Assembly (NCBI GenBank): GCA_020436225.1
Contig: JAGQYE010000007.1
Location: forward strand, 24,385 to 88,384
Source of the DNA: Bacteroidota bacterium
GTDB lineage: Bacteria > Bacteroidota > Bacteroidia > Chitinophagales > JADIYW01
Direction of reading: 5' to 3'
Length of the DNA stretch: 64,000 nucleotides
In this document: positions 35,565 to 44,863 of the stretch, in pieces
Numbering within the stretch: the stretch's first letter is position 1
Layout: the number at the start of each line of letters is the position of its first letter
Notes under the pieces: model-generated
What the model was told of the DNA's origin: nothing
The model's input: only the letters and a program-made list of their open reading frames with translations
The model's database searches: none
Position numbers and translations under genes: made by a program

Positions 35565-37009
35565 GCTTGTTTTCTAAGAAATTGTTGCAGGATATTTCTC
35601 CAAAGATAGGCTAATATTAAAATATAAATTAAACCTTTTGTCGCTATTTGTAAAACGATGTTTCCTATGTAATGTGTTGCTAAATAATTGACCAATAAAA
35701 CCAAAGCGATGATTGCCAAATAATCGACAAAACGGATAACTGCCGGCACGCGCGACAGCACAATTTTCTTGCAAATAATATAAGTACAAACCAGCATAAA
35801 GCCATAAGAAATTAAGGTGGTGTAAGCCGCGGCGGCATAGCCATATTTAGGAATAAAAATCCAATTTAAAACAAAGTTTACGATAGCCGAAACAGCAAAG
35901 CTGTAATAAAAATAGTTTACCTTTTTTTCGTAATGAAAATAAAAACTATAGAGTTCGTTTAAATCGTTAAAGATATACGACAAAATGAGAATCGGCATTA
36001 AATGCAATCCTGCATTAAACGCATCGTTCAGTGCTAAAATTTTTCCGCCATCGGCAGCAAAAAAAATAAACAAAGCCGACAACGCTACAACCAACTTGAA
36101 CATACTACGCATTTGTGCAATGACTTCTTCTTCTTTTTTTTGATTAAGTAATTCAAATAGTTTCGGTCGGTTGGCTGTAACAAATGCGGTTGTAATGCCT
36201 GTATAAATTACGGCGAATTTATAAGCATAACTATATAAACCGGCATCATTACTGCCTTTGAAACTATTAATCATTATGGTGTCGAGATAACCTAACACAA
36301 AACCACTTAATCCAATCGGAATAAAGCTAACCGAATATTTTAGAATTTCTCGTTTTGTTTCCGGTTGGAGATTGTCGCTAAATCCAATATATTTTCTGAA
36401 ATAAAAAAGTAAAATAATTAAGCCCAAAACCAATAAAATCAAGTTTTCACCAACAATTCGACCTACGTAATTTCTCTTCCAAAAAATAATAAATAAAATG
36501 GCTGAAAGCACTCGAAGTAACTGTGTGATGAATTGCCAAATTCCGGCTTGCTTACTAAAGTGTTGAGCTGTATTATAAGTATTAAAATAATTAAAAATGA
36601 TGTTTGTAAAAACAGCAATTAAAATCCAGATAAAAAGGTTTTTGGGCAAGCTGACGACATCAATAAATTGCTTTTGAAAGACAAGCATCAGCACTACACA
36701 AATAACAAATGCAATACATGAAGTGCGCAATAAATATTGCATTAAATCTTGTTTGGATAAATGCTCATCAAAATAAAAACGATAAAAACCGTTGAATAAA
36801 TTGAGCGAAACTACTATTCCCAAAACGCGCACAGTATTATTAAACACTTCGTAGATACCGAAATCTGCGGGCAAAAGTAATTTGGTAAAAATGGGCAACG
36901 TTATAACGCTGATAAGTTGTGTAAAAACAAACGCAAGTGTATAAACAGAACCATGTTTTAAGGTTTCGTAAAATGAAAGTGATTTGATATATGCGTTTAT
37001 TTTTTTCAA
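35561..37009 (-). CDS. Wzx-type oligosaccharide flippase (MOP superfamily)
   Basis: 482 aa with about 12-14 TM helices and a polysaccharide-biosynthesis-protein layout. The stop overlaps the GT6 start (ATGA). The apparent start is TTG. Confidence 0.8.
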   Translation of the reverse strand: MKKINAYIKSLSFYETLKHGSVYTLAFVFTQLISVITLPIFTKLLLPADFGIYEVFNNTVRVLGIVVSLNLFNGFYRFYFDEHLSKQDLMQYLLRTSCIAFVICVVLMLVFQKQFIDVVSLPKNLFIWILIAVFTNIIFNYFNTYNTAQHFSKQAGIWQFITQLLRVLSAILFIIFWKRNYVGRIVGENLILLVLGLIILLFYFRKYIGFSDNLQPETKREILKYSVSFIPIGLSGFVLGYLDTIMINSFKGSNDAGLYSYAYKFAVIYTGITTAFVTANRPKLFELLNQKKEEEVIAQMRSMFKLVVALSALFIFFAADGGKILALNDAFNAGLHLMPILILSYIFNDLNELYSFYFHYEKKVNYFYYSFAVSAIVNFVLNWIFIPKYGYAAAAYTTLISYGFMLVCTYIICKKIVLSRVPAVIRFVDYLAIIALVLLVNYLATHYIGNIVLQIATKGLIYILILAYLWRNILQQFLRKQA

Positions 37010-37010
37010 G

Positions 37011-38039
37011 CTACAAAGATACTATCTGCTTATGTAAAAGTGAAAAGGCTAAAATGGCGAATTCTTTCTTCTTCAATTCCAAAGTGGTGGTTGGTTGTAA
37101 TTGTTTTTTAAACTGTGTCAGTGTTTTATAAACTGTGAAATTATAATCGTTTAATCGCAATAATTTTTTCAAGATGCGTTCGTATAAAACTTGTTTTAAA
37201 ATGGCTTTGTCAAAATGTTGGAATGTTGCATTGAGTTCTATTAATTTAGTTATCCATTTTTGCAATTCCGGTAAATCATCGATTTTATTTTTTAGAGAAA
37301 ATTCTACTAAACTGAGGTGAATTTGTTCTTCTTCTTTTGAAAATTGATTGGGAAAATAATATTCTAATTGATTGACAATAATTTTGTTTCTATTTTCACG
37401 TGCTTCTTTCTCTTTTCGATGCGATATACTAGTATTGTAAGACCTATAAGTTGCTAAATAATCAGGCAAAATTTTTCCATTATTATTCAATAATATCCGA
37501 GTCCACAAATCATAATCTTCACAAGGTGGATAATCTTCTCTAAAAACTTCGGTTGGTAAAATAGTTTTCTTAAACATCACAGTTGAAGTAACAATCGGAT
37601 TGAAAAACAATAAATTTATTTTCAATTTTGAAGAATTATAATCAAATTTTAAAGCATTAAAATCTTGCTTTCCGTTCTCTGTTTGAACAACAACACTACT
37701 TGAAACAAAATCTAAATCATTACTATTTTTTAAAAGATTATATTCAACTTCTAAACGATTTGGTTCAGCTATATCATCACTATCTAAGAAAGCGATATAA
37801 GGATAATTTGCCAATTGAATCAACCTATTGCGTACAAATGCTAATCCTTTGTTGCCTTCATTTTGGTAATATTTAATTCGCTTGTCGGTAAAAGAAGAAA
37901 TTAGCTGATGCGTATTATCGGTAGAACCGTCATTCACAATAATTAATTCAAAATCTTTAAAACTTTGGTTTAAAATGCTGTTTATTGCTTGTTTTATATA
38001 TTTTTCTGCATTATATGCCGGCATTAATACACTTATCAT
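37011..38039 (-). CDS. Family 2 glycosyltransferase
   Basis: 342 aa with ISVLMPAYNAEKYI, NDGSTD and FLDSDD motifs. Confidence 0.88.
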   Translation of the reverse strand: MISVLMPAYNAEKYIKQAINSILNQSFKDFELIIVNDGSTDNTHQLISSFTDKRIKYYQNEGNKGLAFVRNRLIQLANYPYIAFLDSDDIAEPNRLEVEYNLLKNSNDLDFVSSSVVVQTENGKQDFNALKFDYNSSKLKINLLFFNPIVTSTVMFKKTILPTEVFREDYPPCEDYDLWTRILLNNNGKILPDYLATYRSYNTSISHRKEKEARENRNKIIVNQLEYYFPNQFSKEEEQIHLSLVEFSLKNKIDDLPELQKWITKLIELNATFQHFDKAILKQVLYERILKKLLRLNDYNFTVYKTLTQFKKQLQPTTTLELKKKEFAILAFSLLHKQIVSL

Positions 38040-38135
38040 GAAATAATTTCAAAAAAATTATTTAAAAATTGTTCTTCTTAATTTTTCCTGCACCTGTAAT
38101 TGTGGCGAATTGATATGACTGGCTCTATTGTTCAT

Positions 38136-39008
38136 CTATTTTAAAATCCAATTTTTAGGAACTAAATCTGCGGATTCGCTCAATACATTGTTCGACCAAT
38201 GTTTTGGCATAATTACAATTTTATGTTCATTTTTATTTAGCCAAGCTGCCCACCAGCTAAAAGTGCTGTTTGCTATTATATTGTGTTTGCAAGATTGCAT
38301 ATAATAAAAATCTTCTATCGTTGATTTTTTCTCAATCAAGGTGCTGTTTATGTCCCATTGCATTTCTTTTTTTACCCAAGCCGCATCATCTGTAAAAATG
38401 AAAAAATGTAAGTGCTCACCTAAAGTTTCTTTTATATGTTTGATTGATTTTACATAATAATCTTTGGAACAAAGTCCGTGTGCTTCCATAGATGCCAAGT
38501 TTCGAATATAATCGCCTCGCCTAATATGAATAGAAACTGAATGCTCATTTTGTATCTGATTGATTAGGTCTAAATCTTTCGGTAAAAATGCTTGTTTTAT
38601 TTCCAACTCTTTTCGAATTATTTGTTCAATAGCCATAAAATATTTATGCGATTGAAAATAACCTCTTATATAATAATTACCTCTTTGTTTCAACAATTCT
38701 TCATCAAATCCATAATCATCAAATTTGTATTTATTCAAATTACCATAAGAAAGAATTTTAGTTGCCATTCGTGCATCAAATGAAAAACTCGGTCCCCTAA
38801 AATTCTTTAATATTTTTTCGTCGGCAATCGTGCTACTTACATTAAACGCATTTAAGCCATAAGGCCGTAGCGTTGTATTCTCAATTTGTTCTTCCAGAAA
38901 AGTGGTGTCAACAAATAACTCTGAATTATTCAAATATGCCAAATGTCGTGCTGCAGCATATTGAAAAAGTTGGTTACCCAACCCGCCCATCAATCGAACT
39001 ACTATCAT
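38136..39008 (-). CDS. Alpha-1,2-fucosyltransferase (GT11), second copy
   Basis: GT11 motifs GGLGNQLFQYA, HIRRGDY and STFSWWAAWLN. The start is set at MIVVRLMGG (39008), which avoids an implausible overlap with the divergent ceramidase ORF. Confidence 0.88.
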   Translation of the reverse strand: MIVVRLMGGLGNQLFQYAAARHLAYLNNSELFVDTTFLEEQIENTTLRPYGLNAFNVSSTIADEKILKNFRGPSFSFDARMATKILSYGNLNKYKFDDYGFDEELLKQRGNYYIRGYFQSHKYFMAIEQIIRKELEIKQAFLPKDLDLINQIQNEHSVSIHIRRGDYIRNLASMEAHGLCSKDYYVKSIKHIKETLGEHLHFFIFTDDAAWVKKEMQWDINSTLIEKKSTIEDFYYMQSCKHNIIANSTFSWWAAWLNKNEHKIVIMPKHWSNNVLSESADLVPKNWILK

Positions 39009-39040
39009 TTTATTATTGAATACAATTTTGTATTTTGGCA

Positions 39041-39048
39041 CAAATTTA
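39041..39048 (-). promoter_or_regulatory. Candidate -7 box (TAAATTTG) for the glycan operon
   Basis: Exact TAnnTTTG match on the minus strand, 32 nt upstream of the ATG at 39008. It is part of the TTTGGCACAAATT 13-mer also present at 13656-13668. Confidence 0.4.
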
Positions 39049-39052
39049 CAAA

Positions 39053-40825
39053 ATGTTATTTATCGGAGTAGGAAAAGGTGATATCACCGCATATTTTAAA
39101 GGAATTGGCATGTTGGGGTATGGATTGCCCCAACATTATATGCAGGCTGTCGAAACACTTATTTATGCGCGTTCCTTTGTATTTGAGCAGTTAGACAAGA
39201 AAGAAAAAGTTTGCATCGTCAATTGTGAATTGGGATTTATAACGCCGTCACTCAAGCAAGGCGTTTTGTCTTACCTACAAACTAATCATCCCGAACTTAA
39301 TTATAATGCCGGGAATTTGTTGCTTTGTGCCCAACATACACATTGTGGCCCAAGTGGTTTTTCACATCATATAATTTATAATTTGTCAACACCGGGATTT
39401 CATCAAGGTGTGTATGATAAAATCGTTGATGGCATCATCAAATCTATTTTAAATGCTGAAAAAAACAAGCAAAAAGCCAACATTCAACTTGGCAAAAGCG
39501 AATTCGCACCGGATATTCCGGTTAGCTTTAATCGAACGATAGATGCGTATAATACTAACCCTGAAGTAAGAAAACTCTCGCACGAAAACAGGCATTTAGG
39601 TGTTGATCGAACAATGACGTTGCTGCATATTATTTCAGAAAATGGTCAACCTTTAGGCAGCATCAATTGGTTTGCAGTTCATACATCAAATTTACCTAAT
39701 AACTATTTTAAACTTTGCTCTGATAACAAAGGCTTTGCCGCAACTTATTTAGAAGAAAGTATGGAACAAGAAAACGAGCATTATGTAGCCGCTTTTGCGC
39801 AAGGTGCTTGCGGTGATGTTTCTGCACGTGTAAAGTACAATCCGAAATTGCCGGCTGCGCGTGGTAAATGGGAAGGTTATTTTTCTGATGATTTAAAAAG
39901 TTCTAAGTTCAACGGCAATCTTCAATTTGAAAAAGCGAAAGAAATAATAAATTCTTCCACCACTGAAATTAAAGATGAAACGATAGACAGCATTTCTGCT
40001 TTCGTCGATTTTAGCAAGATTGATATTCAACCACAATTTGCAAACGGACAAGAAGGTTGCGTTACCAGTCCTTCCTGTATGGGCATTGCTTTCTTAGAAG
40101 GTTCTTTGATGGATGGTCCGGGATTACCTTTATTTTTAGGAAAAATTGCGCGTGTTGTTGCCAGAAAAACAAGAAAAGATGAATTAAAAAAAGCAGTAAA
40201 AAATGGTGGCGATTATGAACAATTTATCTACAGAAAAAATAAAGCACAAGCTGTAAAAGATATTGGCGTTGCCAGTGGCGAACGTAAATTTTTGGGGAAT
40301 TTTGCCGCCGATAAAATTCCATTGCCGGGTTTCAGCGATGAAGTAATTCTAAACATCAAAAAAATAGCAAAACATGGTGGTTTTGACTTAAATAAGCCTT
40401 GGGCTCCTCAAGTATTGACCTTACAAATCATAAAAATAGGAACGATTGCCATTTGTGCTTTTCCATTTGAAATTACAACCGTTTCTTCTTGGAGATTGAA
40501 AAAAACGTTAGAAGATGCATTAAAACCTAAAGGCATCGAATACGTTATTCTTTGTCCTTATTCTAATGAATACAACGGCTATATTACCACGACAGAAGAA
40601 TATCAATTGCAGATGTATGAAGCCGGACATAATGTTTTTGGACAATGGAGTTTAAATGCACTACAACAAAAATTTTCTGAATTATCAACTGAATTTTGCA
40701 AACAAAAAGAAGATAGAAATTTAGGAAATGCACAACAAGATTTTTTTTCAGAAAGCGAACTACAAAAACAAATCTATTTTCCGAGCAAAAGAACTAAAAA
40801 AATGAATAAGCAAGAAAAAGCTTAA
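39053..40825 (+). CDS. Neutral/alkaline ceramidase
   Basis: About 590 aa. The N-terminal GVGKGDIT, MLGYG and AQHTHCGPSGF (the zinc-ligand region of neutral ceramidases) are present, with a C-terminal tail domain. No obvious signal peptide follows the ATG at 39053. Confidence 0.8.
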   Translation: MLFIGVGKGDITAYFKGIGMLGYGLPQHYMQAVETLIYARSFVFEQLDKKEKVCIVNCELGFITPSLKQGVLSYLQTNHPELNYNAGNLLLCAQHTHCGPSGFSHHIIYNLSTPGFHQGVYDKIVDGIIKSILNAEKNKQKANIQLGKSEFAPDIPVSFNRTIDAYNTNPEVRKLSHENRHLGVDRTMTLLHIISENGQPLGSINWFAVHTSNLPNNYFKLCSDNKGFAATYLEESMEQENEHYVAAFAQGACGDVSARVKYNPKLPAARGKWEGYFSDDLKSSKFNGNLQFEKAKEIINSSTTEIKDETIDSISAFVDFSKIDIQPQFANGQEGCVTSPSCMGIAFLEGSLMDGPGLPLFLGKIARVVARKTRKDELKKAVKNGGDYEQFIYRKNKAQAVKDIGVASGERKFLGNFAADKIPLPGFSDEVILNIKKIAKHGGFDLNKPWAPQVLTLQIIKIGTIAICAFPFEITTVSSWRLKKTLEDALKPKGIEYVILCPYSNEYNGYITTTEEYQLQMYEAGHNVFGQWSLNALQQKFSELSTEFCKQKEDRNLGNAQQDFFSESELQKQIYFPSKRTKKMNKQEKA

Positions 40826-40849
40826 TTTTACATAAATCAACTATAGAAT

Positions 40850-41551
40850 ATGAGTAGTAAAATATTTAAAAATGCAGCAGAAGCCTTACAAGGAATTACA
40901 GATGATATGACTATTATTTTTGGTGGGTTTGGCTTGTGTGGATTGCCCGAAAATTGTATTGCTGAAATCGTAAAAAAAGAAATAAAAGGATTGACTTGCA
41001 TATCCAACAACGCCGGTGTAGATGATTTTGGGTTAGGTTTGTTATTGAAAAAACGCCAAATCAAAAAAATGATAGCTTCTTATGTTGGAGAAAATGCTGA
41101 ATTTGAGCGTCAACTTTTGCATGGAGAATTAGAAGTTGAGTTAATTCCGCAAGGCACATTAGCCGAACGTTGTCGTGCAAGCACAGCCGGTATTCCTGCT
41201 TTCTTTACTCCGGCTGGTTATGGCACCGAAGTTGCCGAAGGCAAAGAAACTCGCGAGTTTAACGGGAAAATGTATTTGTTAGAGCAACGTTTTTATGCTG
41301 ATTTTTCTATCGTAAAAGCTTGGAAAGGCGACACTAACGGAAATTTAATTTACCGAGCAGCTACACGTAATTTTAATTTACCAATGGCTGGTGCCGGAAA
41401 AATTACCATTGCCGAAGTGGAAGAACTTGTGCCAGCCGGCGAACTTGATCCTGACCAAATACATACACCTGGAATTTTTGTTAAACGTATCTTCCAAGGT
41501 GAGAAATATGAAAAACGAATTGAAAAAGTTACGGTAAGAAGTAGAGAGTAG
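40850..41551 (+). CDS. scoA: 3-oxoacid CoA-transferase subunit A
   Basis: 233 aa with the typical subunit A sequence (GGFGLCGLPEN, ELIPQGTLAER). Confidence 0.9.
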   Translation: MSSKIFKNAAEALQGITDDMTIIFGGFGLCGLPENCIAEIVKKEIKGLTCISNNAGVDDFGLGLLLKKRQIKKMIASYVGENAEFERQLLHGELEVELIPQGTLAERCRASTAGIPAFFTPAGYGTEVAEGKETREFNGKMYLLEQRFYADFSIVKAWKGDTNGNLIYRAATRNFNLPMAGAGKITIAEVEELVPAGELDPDQIHTPGIFVKRIFQGEKYEKRIEKVTVRSRE

Positions 41552-41586
41552 TGATTTGAGATTTATAAATAAAAAAAACAAGCAAC

Positions 41587-42240
41587 ATGTTAGATAAAAA
41601 TGGAATAGCCAAGCGAATATCAAAAGAGTTGAAAGATGGTTATTATGTAAACTTAGGCATCGGAATTCCGACTTTAGTAGCCAATTACGTACCCGAAGGA
41701 ATTCAAGTTACCTTTCAATCAGAAAATGGATTATTAGGAATGGGTCCTTTTCCATTTGAAGGCGAAGAAGATGCTGATGTCATCAACGCTGGCAAACAAA
41801 CCGTAACGATGTTGCCTGGTGGCGTTTACTTCGATTCGGCTACCAGCTTTGCTATGATAAGAGGCGAACACGTTGATTTAACTGTACTTGGTGCTATGGA
41901 AGTTTCGGAAACTGGCGACATTGCTAATTGGAAAATTCCGGGCAAAATGGTAAAAGGAATGGGCGGCGCCATGGACTTAGTTGCTTCAGCAAAAAATATT
42001 ATTGTTGCCATGCAACATGTTAACAAAGCAGGCGAAAGCAAACTCCTACCAAAATGTACGTTACCTTTAACCGGAATTGGTTGTGTAAAAAAGATAGTAA
42101 CAGAATTAGCTTACTTAGAAGTAACAAAAGACGGTTTTAAACTGTTGGAACGTGCGCCCGGCGTTAGTACAGAACAAATAAAAAATGCAACTTTAGGAAA
42201 ATTAATTATTGATGGCGAAATTCCTGAAATGCAATTATAA
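41587..42240 (+). CDS. scoB: 3-oxoacid CoA-transferase subunit B
   Basis: 217 aa with the SENG catalytic-glutamate motif (FQSENGLLG) and GGAMDL. Confidence 0.9.
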   Translation: MLDKNGIAKRISKELKDGYYVNLGIGIPTLVANYVPEGIQVTFQSENGLLGMGPFPFEGEEDADVINAGKQTVTMLPGGVYFDSATSFAMIRGEHVDLTVLGAMEVSETGDIANWKIPGKMVKGMGGAMDLVASAKNIIVAMQHVNKAGESKLLPKCTLPLTGIGCVKKIVTELAYLEVTKDGFKLLERAPGVSTEQIKNATLGKLIIDGEIPEMQL

Positions 42241-43524
42241 CAAAGGCACATCAATAAACAACTTCACATTTCCATCTTCACCTTTAGAATGTTCTTTCAT
42301 TTCATTTAATTTATTTTCATCATTACAAATAATTAAGAAAAGATATTCATCATTCAATGCACTACTCTTAATTTTTTGATACGGATCTCCGGCAAATGAA
42401 TTTAAGTTGGTAATCTTACAATGATGATTTTTATTGTAATGTGAAGCAATACCTTTCAACAAAATTTCTACATTTTTCGGTGAGCCAACAACCATAATCG
42501 GATATAAGATATTGTCGGTTAATTTCATCTTCGCAACGGCTTTAAACAAACCTTGCGGATTTTCTAATTGGAACGCAAAATATTCGCCCCAATTAATAGC
42601 AAAACAAGCAGCATCCATATTGCCGTTTTCATCCGGCACCATATACACGCGAGAAGATTTTGAATACGCAAAAATTCTATCTAATGTATCCAAGAAATCT
42701 TCTTCCGATTTTAAATGATAGAAAGTATAATGCTCTTTTTGTGCTTTCAGTTTATGATAAAATTCTTTTAGTCTTTCTTTATCATTTGAGATATCAATAC
42801 ACTTTTTAAAATAATCTTTATTTCCGAATATCTTATTAATTTTTGTATTGTTTGAAAATGCCCATTTCTCGTAGTGTTTATTGTATAACTTGGTATTTAA
42901 TTCTAAAGCTTCATTTATTGCTTGATTTTCTTTTCCCATCGCACCATACGTAAAGGCTATATTTTCATCCACGCCAACAATGCTATGCATAATGCTAAAC
43001 ATCAACGTAAAAATCTTCTTACGTCTATAAATTTTTGTATTATTTTCAATACGTTCACTGACGCGCAACATATTGTAATAATAGGCATCATAGCGATTTC
43101 CTTTTAAATACACATCCATTAAATTTACATGGATATAACCCACCACATTAAATTCTTTTCTGCCTTCAGCATTCGTTTTTTGCGGATGTAAAACAATAAC
43201 AACAAGCGCATCTTTATTTATCGACATTACCGACTCCGGAAAATTGTGGAAATAGGCTTGAAATGCAAACTTTCCTTGTCCTTTATTGTTGATGTGTTTC
43301 TCAGGAACGGAAATAATATCTTGGCATTGATGGAAAAAATATTTCGAATCAGGAACATAACCTAAAATATCCAAAACGGCTCCCATATTGGACAAGTTAC
43401 TAATATGTGTAACTATAATTTCTAAGGGTTCTTCAAAAATATCATAAGATTCAATGTCGATTATTTTATAGGAAAAACTTCCATCCGGATTTTTATCAAC
43501 TCGTTTATAATTTCGCTTTTGCAT
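42235..43524 (-). CDS. Hypothetical protein, possibly a GNAT-fold acyltransferase
   Basis: 429-aa clean ORF with its own -7 box. I recognise no diagnostic motif. One stretch (YYYNMLRVSE, YRRKKIFTLMFSIMHSIVG, AMGKENQAINEAL) loosely follows GNAT beta4-alpha3 spacing. Confidence 0.5.
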   Translation of the reverse strand: MQKRNYKRVDKNPDGSFSYKIIDIESYDIFEEPLEIIVTHISNLSNMGAVLDILGYVPDSKYFFHQCQDIISVPEKHINNKGQGKFAFQAYFHNFPESVMSINKDALVVIVLHPQKTNAEGRKEFNVVGYIHVNLMDVYLKGNRYDAYYYNMLRVSERIENNTKIYRRKKIFTLMFSIMHSIVGVDENIAFTYGAMGKENQAINEALELNTKLYNKHYEKWAFSNNTKINKIFGNKDYFKKCIDISNDKERLKEFYHKLKAQKEHYTFYHLKSEEDFLDTLDRIFAYSKSSRVYMVPDENGNMDAACFAINWGEYFAFQLENPQGLFKAVAKMKLTDNILYPIMVVGSPKNVEILLKGIASHYNKNHHCKITNLNSFAGDPYQKIKSSALNDEYLFLIICNDENKLNEMKEHSKGEDGNVKLFIDVPLL

Positions 43525-43540
43525 AAAATATTCTATTCAG

Positions 43541-43548
43541 CAAATGTA
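43541..43548 (-). promoter_or_regulatory. Candidate -7 box (TACATTTG) for the 429-aa hypothetical gene
   Basis: Exact TAnnTTTG match on the minus strand, 16 nt upstream of the ATG at 43524. Confidence 0.4.
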
Positions 43549-43666
43549 AGTTTGATTTTAGATAAAGAATTTTTTCTATTGCTAAATTTAGCACTGCATT
43601 AACGCTATTTTCATCAAAAAACGAAAAATACCAACTTGTAAGTAATGAATATTTAGGAAGAAAAAA

Positions 43667-44791
43667 TCAGTTGACTAATCTGTAATATTTTCCGGGAAGC
43701 ATTTGTACCACACCTTTCAACTCTAAACTGAGCAGTAACGTTGCTATATTGCTTGGCGTTAATGCTGTTTTAAGATATAATTCATCAATAGATGATTTTG
43801 ATTCTGCTTGTAATACGTTGATTATTTTTTGTTCATCTGCATTAAAATCCGAAAATAATTGTGTCTGAATAGAAGATTTATTTTCATTTTGTTTTTTCAC
43901 ATCAATATCCCAACTCATACATTCAATTATATCTTGAGCAGCACAAACTAACTGTGCTTTATTATTTTTAATTAATTTCAAACAACCAGCTGCATATTTA
44001 TCCTCCACTCTACCGGGAAAAGCAAATACATCTCGGTTGTAAGAGTTGGCAATTTCTGCCGTTATTAATGCGCCACCTTCTTCCGCAGATTCTACAACTA
44101 TTGTAGCATCGCTCATACCGGCAACAATTCTGTTTCTACTTGGGAAATTTTGTTTATCCGGATTCGTTTGACTAATAAAATCTGAAATAATAGCACCGTT
44201 TTCTTGTAATTTATCGGCGATGTTTTTATGTTGAAATGGATAAATTCTATCTAATCCATGTGCCAACACCGCAATATTTTGCATATTATACTTTAATGCT
44301 GCTTTGTGTGCGCAAATATCAATTCCATAAGCTAAGCCACTTACTAATGTAATGTCGTGTATAGCTAAGTCGGCAATTAATTTTTCAGTAATGGCACGAC
44401 CTTGTTCTGTACAATGTCGGGTTCCGACAACACTTACAATTTTTTCTTTATTAAAATCAACATTTCCTTTACTGAAAATAAATAAAGGTGCATCTACACA
44501 ATTCAACAAACGTTTAGGATAAGACTTTTGAAAATAGAAATGAACATCAATTTGATGTTGTTGCATAAATTTCATTTCTTTTTCTGCTCGCTGAATGGCT
44601 TGTTTGGTATCTTTAAAAATTGCTGCCGTTTTGGGTCCTATTCCATTAATCTTTTGCAGTTTTGCTGTGCTCATTCCAAACAATTGCTTTGCACTTCCGG
44701 CATAACTAATTAACGTTTTGGCGTTCGCATCTCCAATACCTTTTAATAAACTTAATGCAATTCCATATAGTATTTCATCTTCCATCTTCAT
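43667..44791 (-). CDS. dprA: DNA-processing protein DprA
   Basis: 374 aa with an N-terminal SAM-like region, a Rossmann-like DprA domain (VVGTRHCT, VSGLAYGID) and a C-terminal winged-helix-like tail. Confidence 0.9.
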   Translation of the reverse strand: MKMEDEILYGIALSLLKGIGDANAKTLISYAGSAKQLFGMSTAKLQKINGIGPKTAAIFKDTKQAIQRAEKEMKFMQQHQIDVHFYFQKSYPKRLLNCVDAPLFIFSKGNVDFNKEKIVSVVGTRHCTEQGRAITEKLIADLAIHDITLVSGLAYGIDICAHKAALKYNMQNIAVLAHGLDRIYPFQHKNIADKLQENGAIISDFISQTNPDKQNFPSRNRIVAGMSDATIVVESAEEGGALITAEIANSYNRDVFAFPGRVEDKYAAGCLKLIKNNKAQLVCAAQDIIECMSWDIDVKKQNENKSSIQTQLFSDFNADEQKIINVLQAESKSSIDELYLKTALTPSNIATLLLSLELKGVVQMLPGKYYRLVN

Positions 44792-44863
44792 AAAGAGACT
44801 AAAGTTGGAAATTTTCCATAAAATTATACTCTAAAAAATGAGCATAAATAAGCATCAACCAAA

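Noticed and set aside
39035-39041. Apparent 7-nt overlap of divergent gene starts (GT11 at 39041, ceramidase at 39035)
   Set aside because: This is an artefact of longest-ORF calling. Family-typical N-termini begin at internal ATGs (39008 MIVVRLMGG; 39053 MLFIGVGKGD), and a -7 box lies between them.
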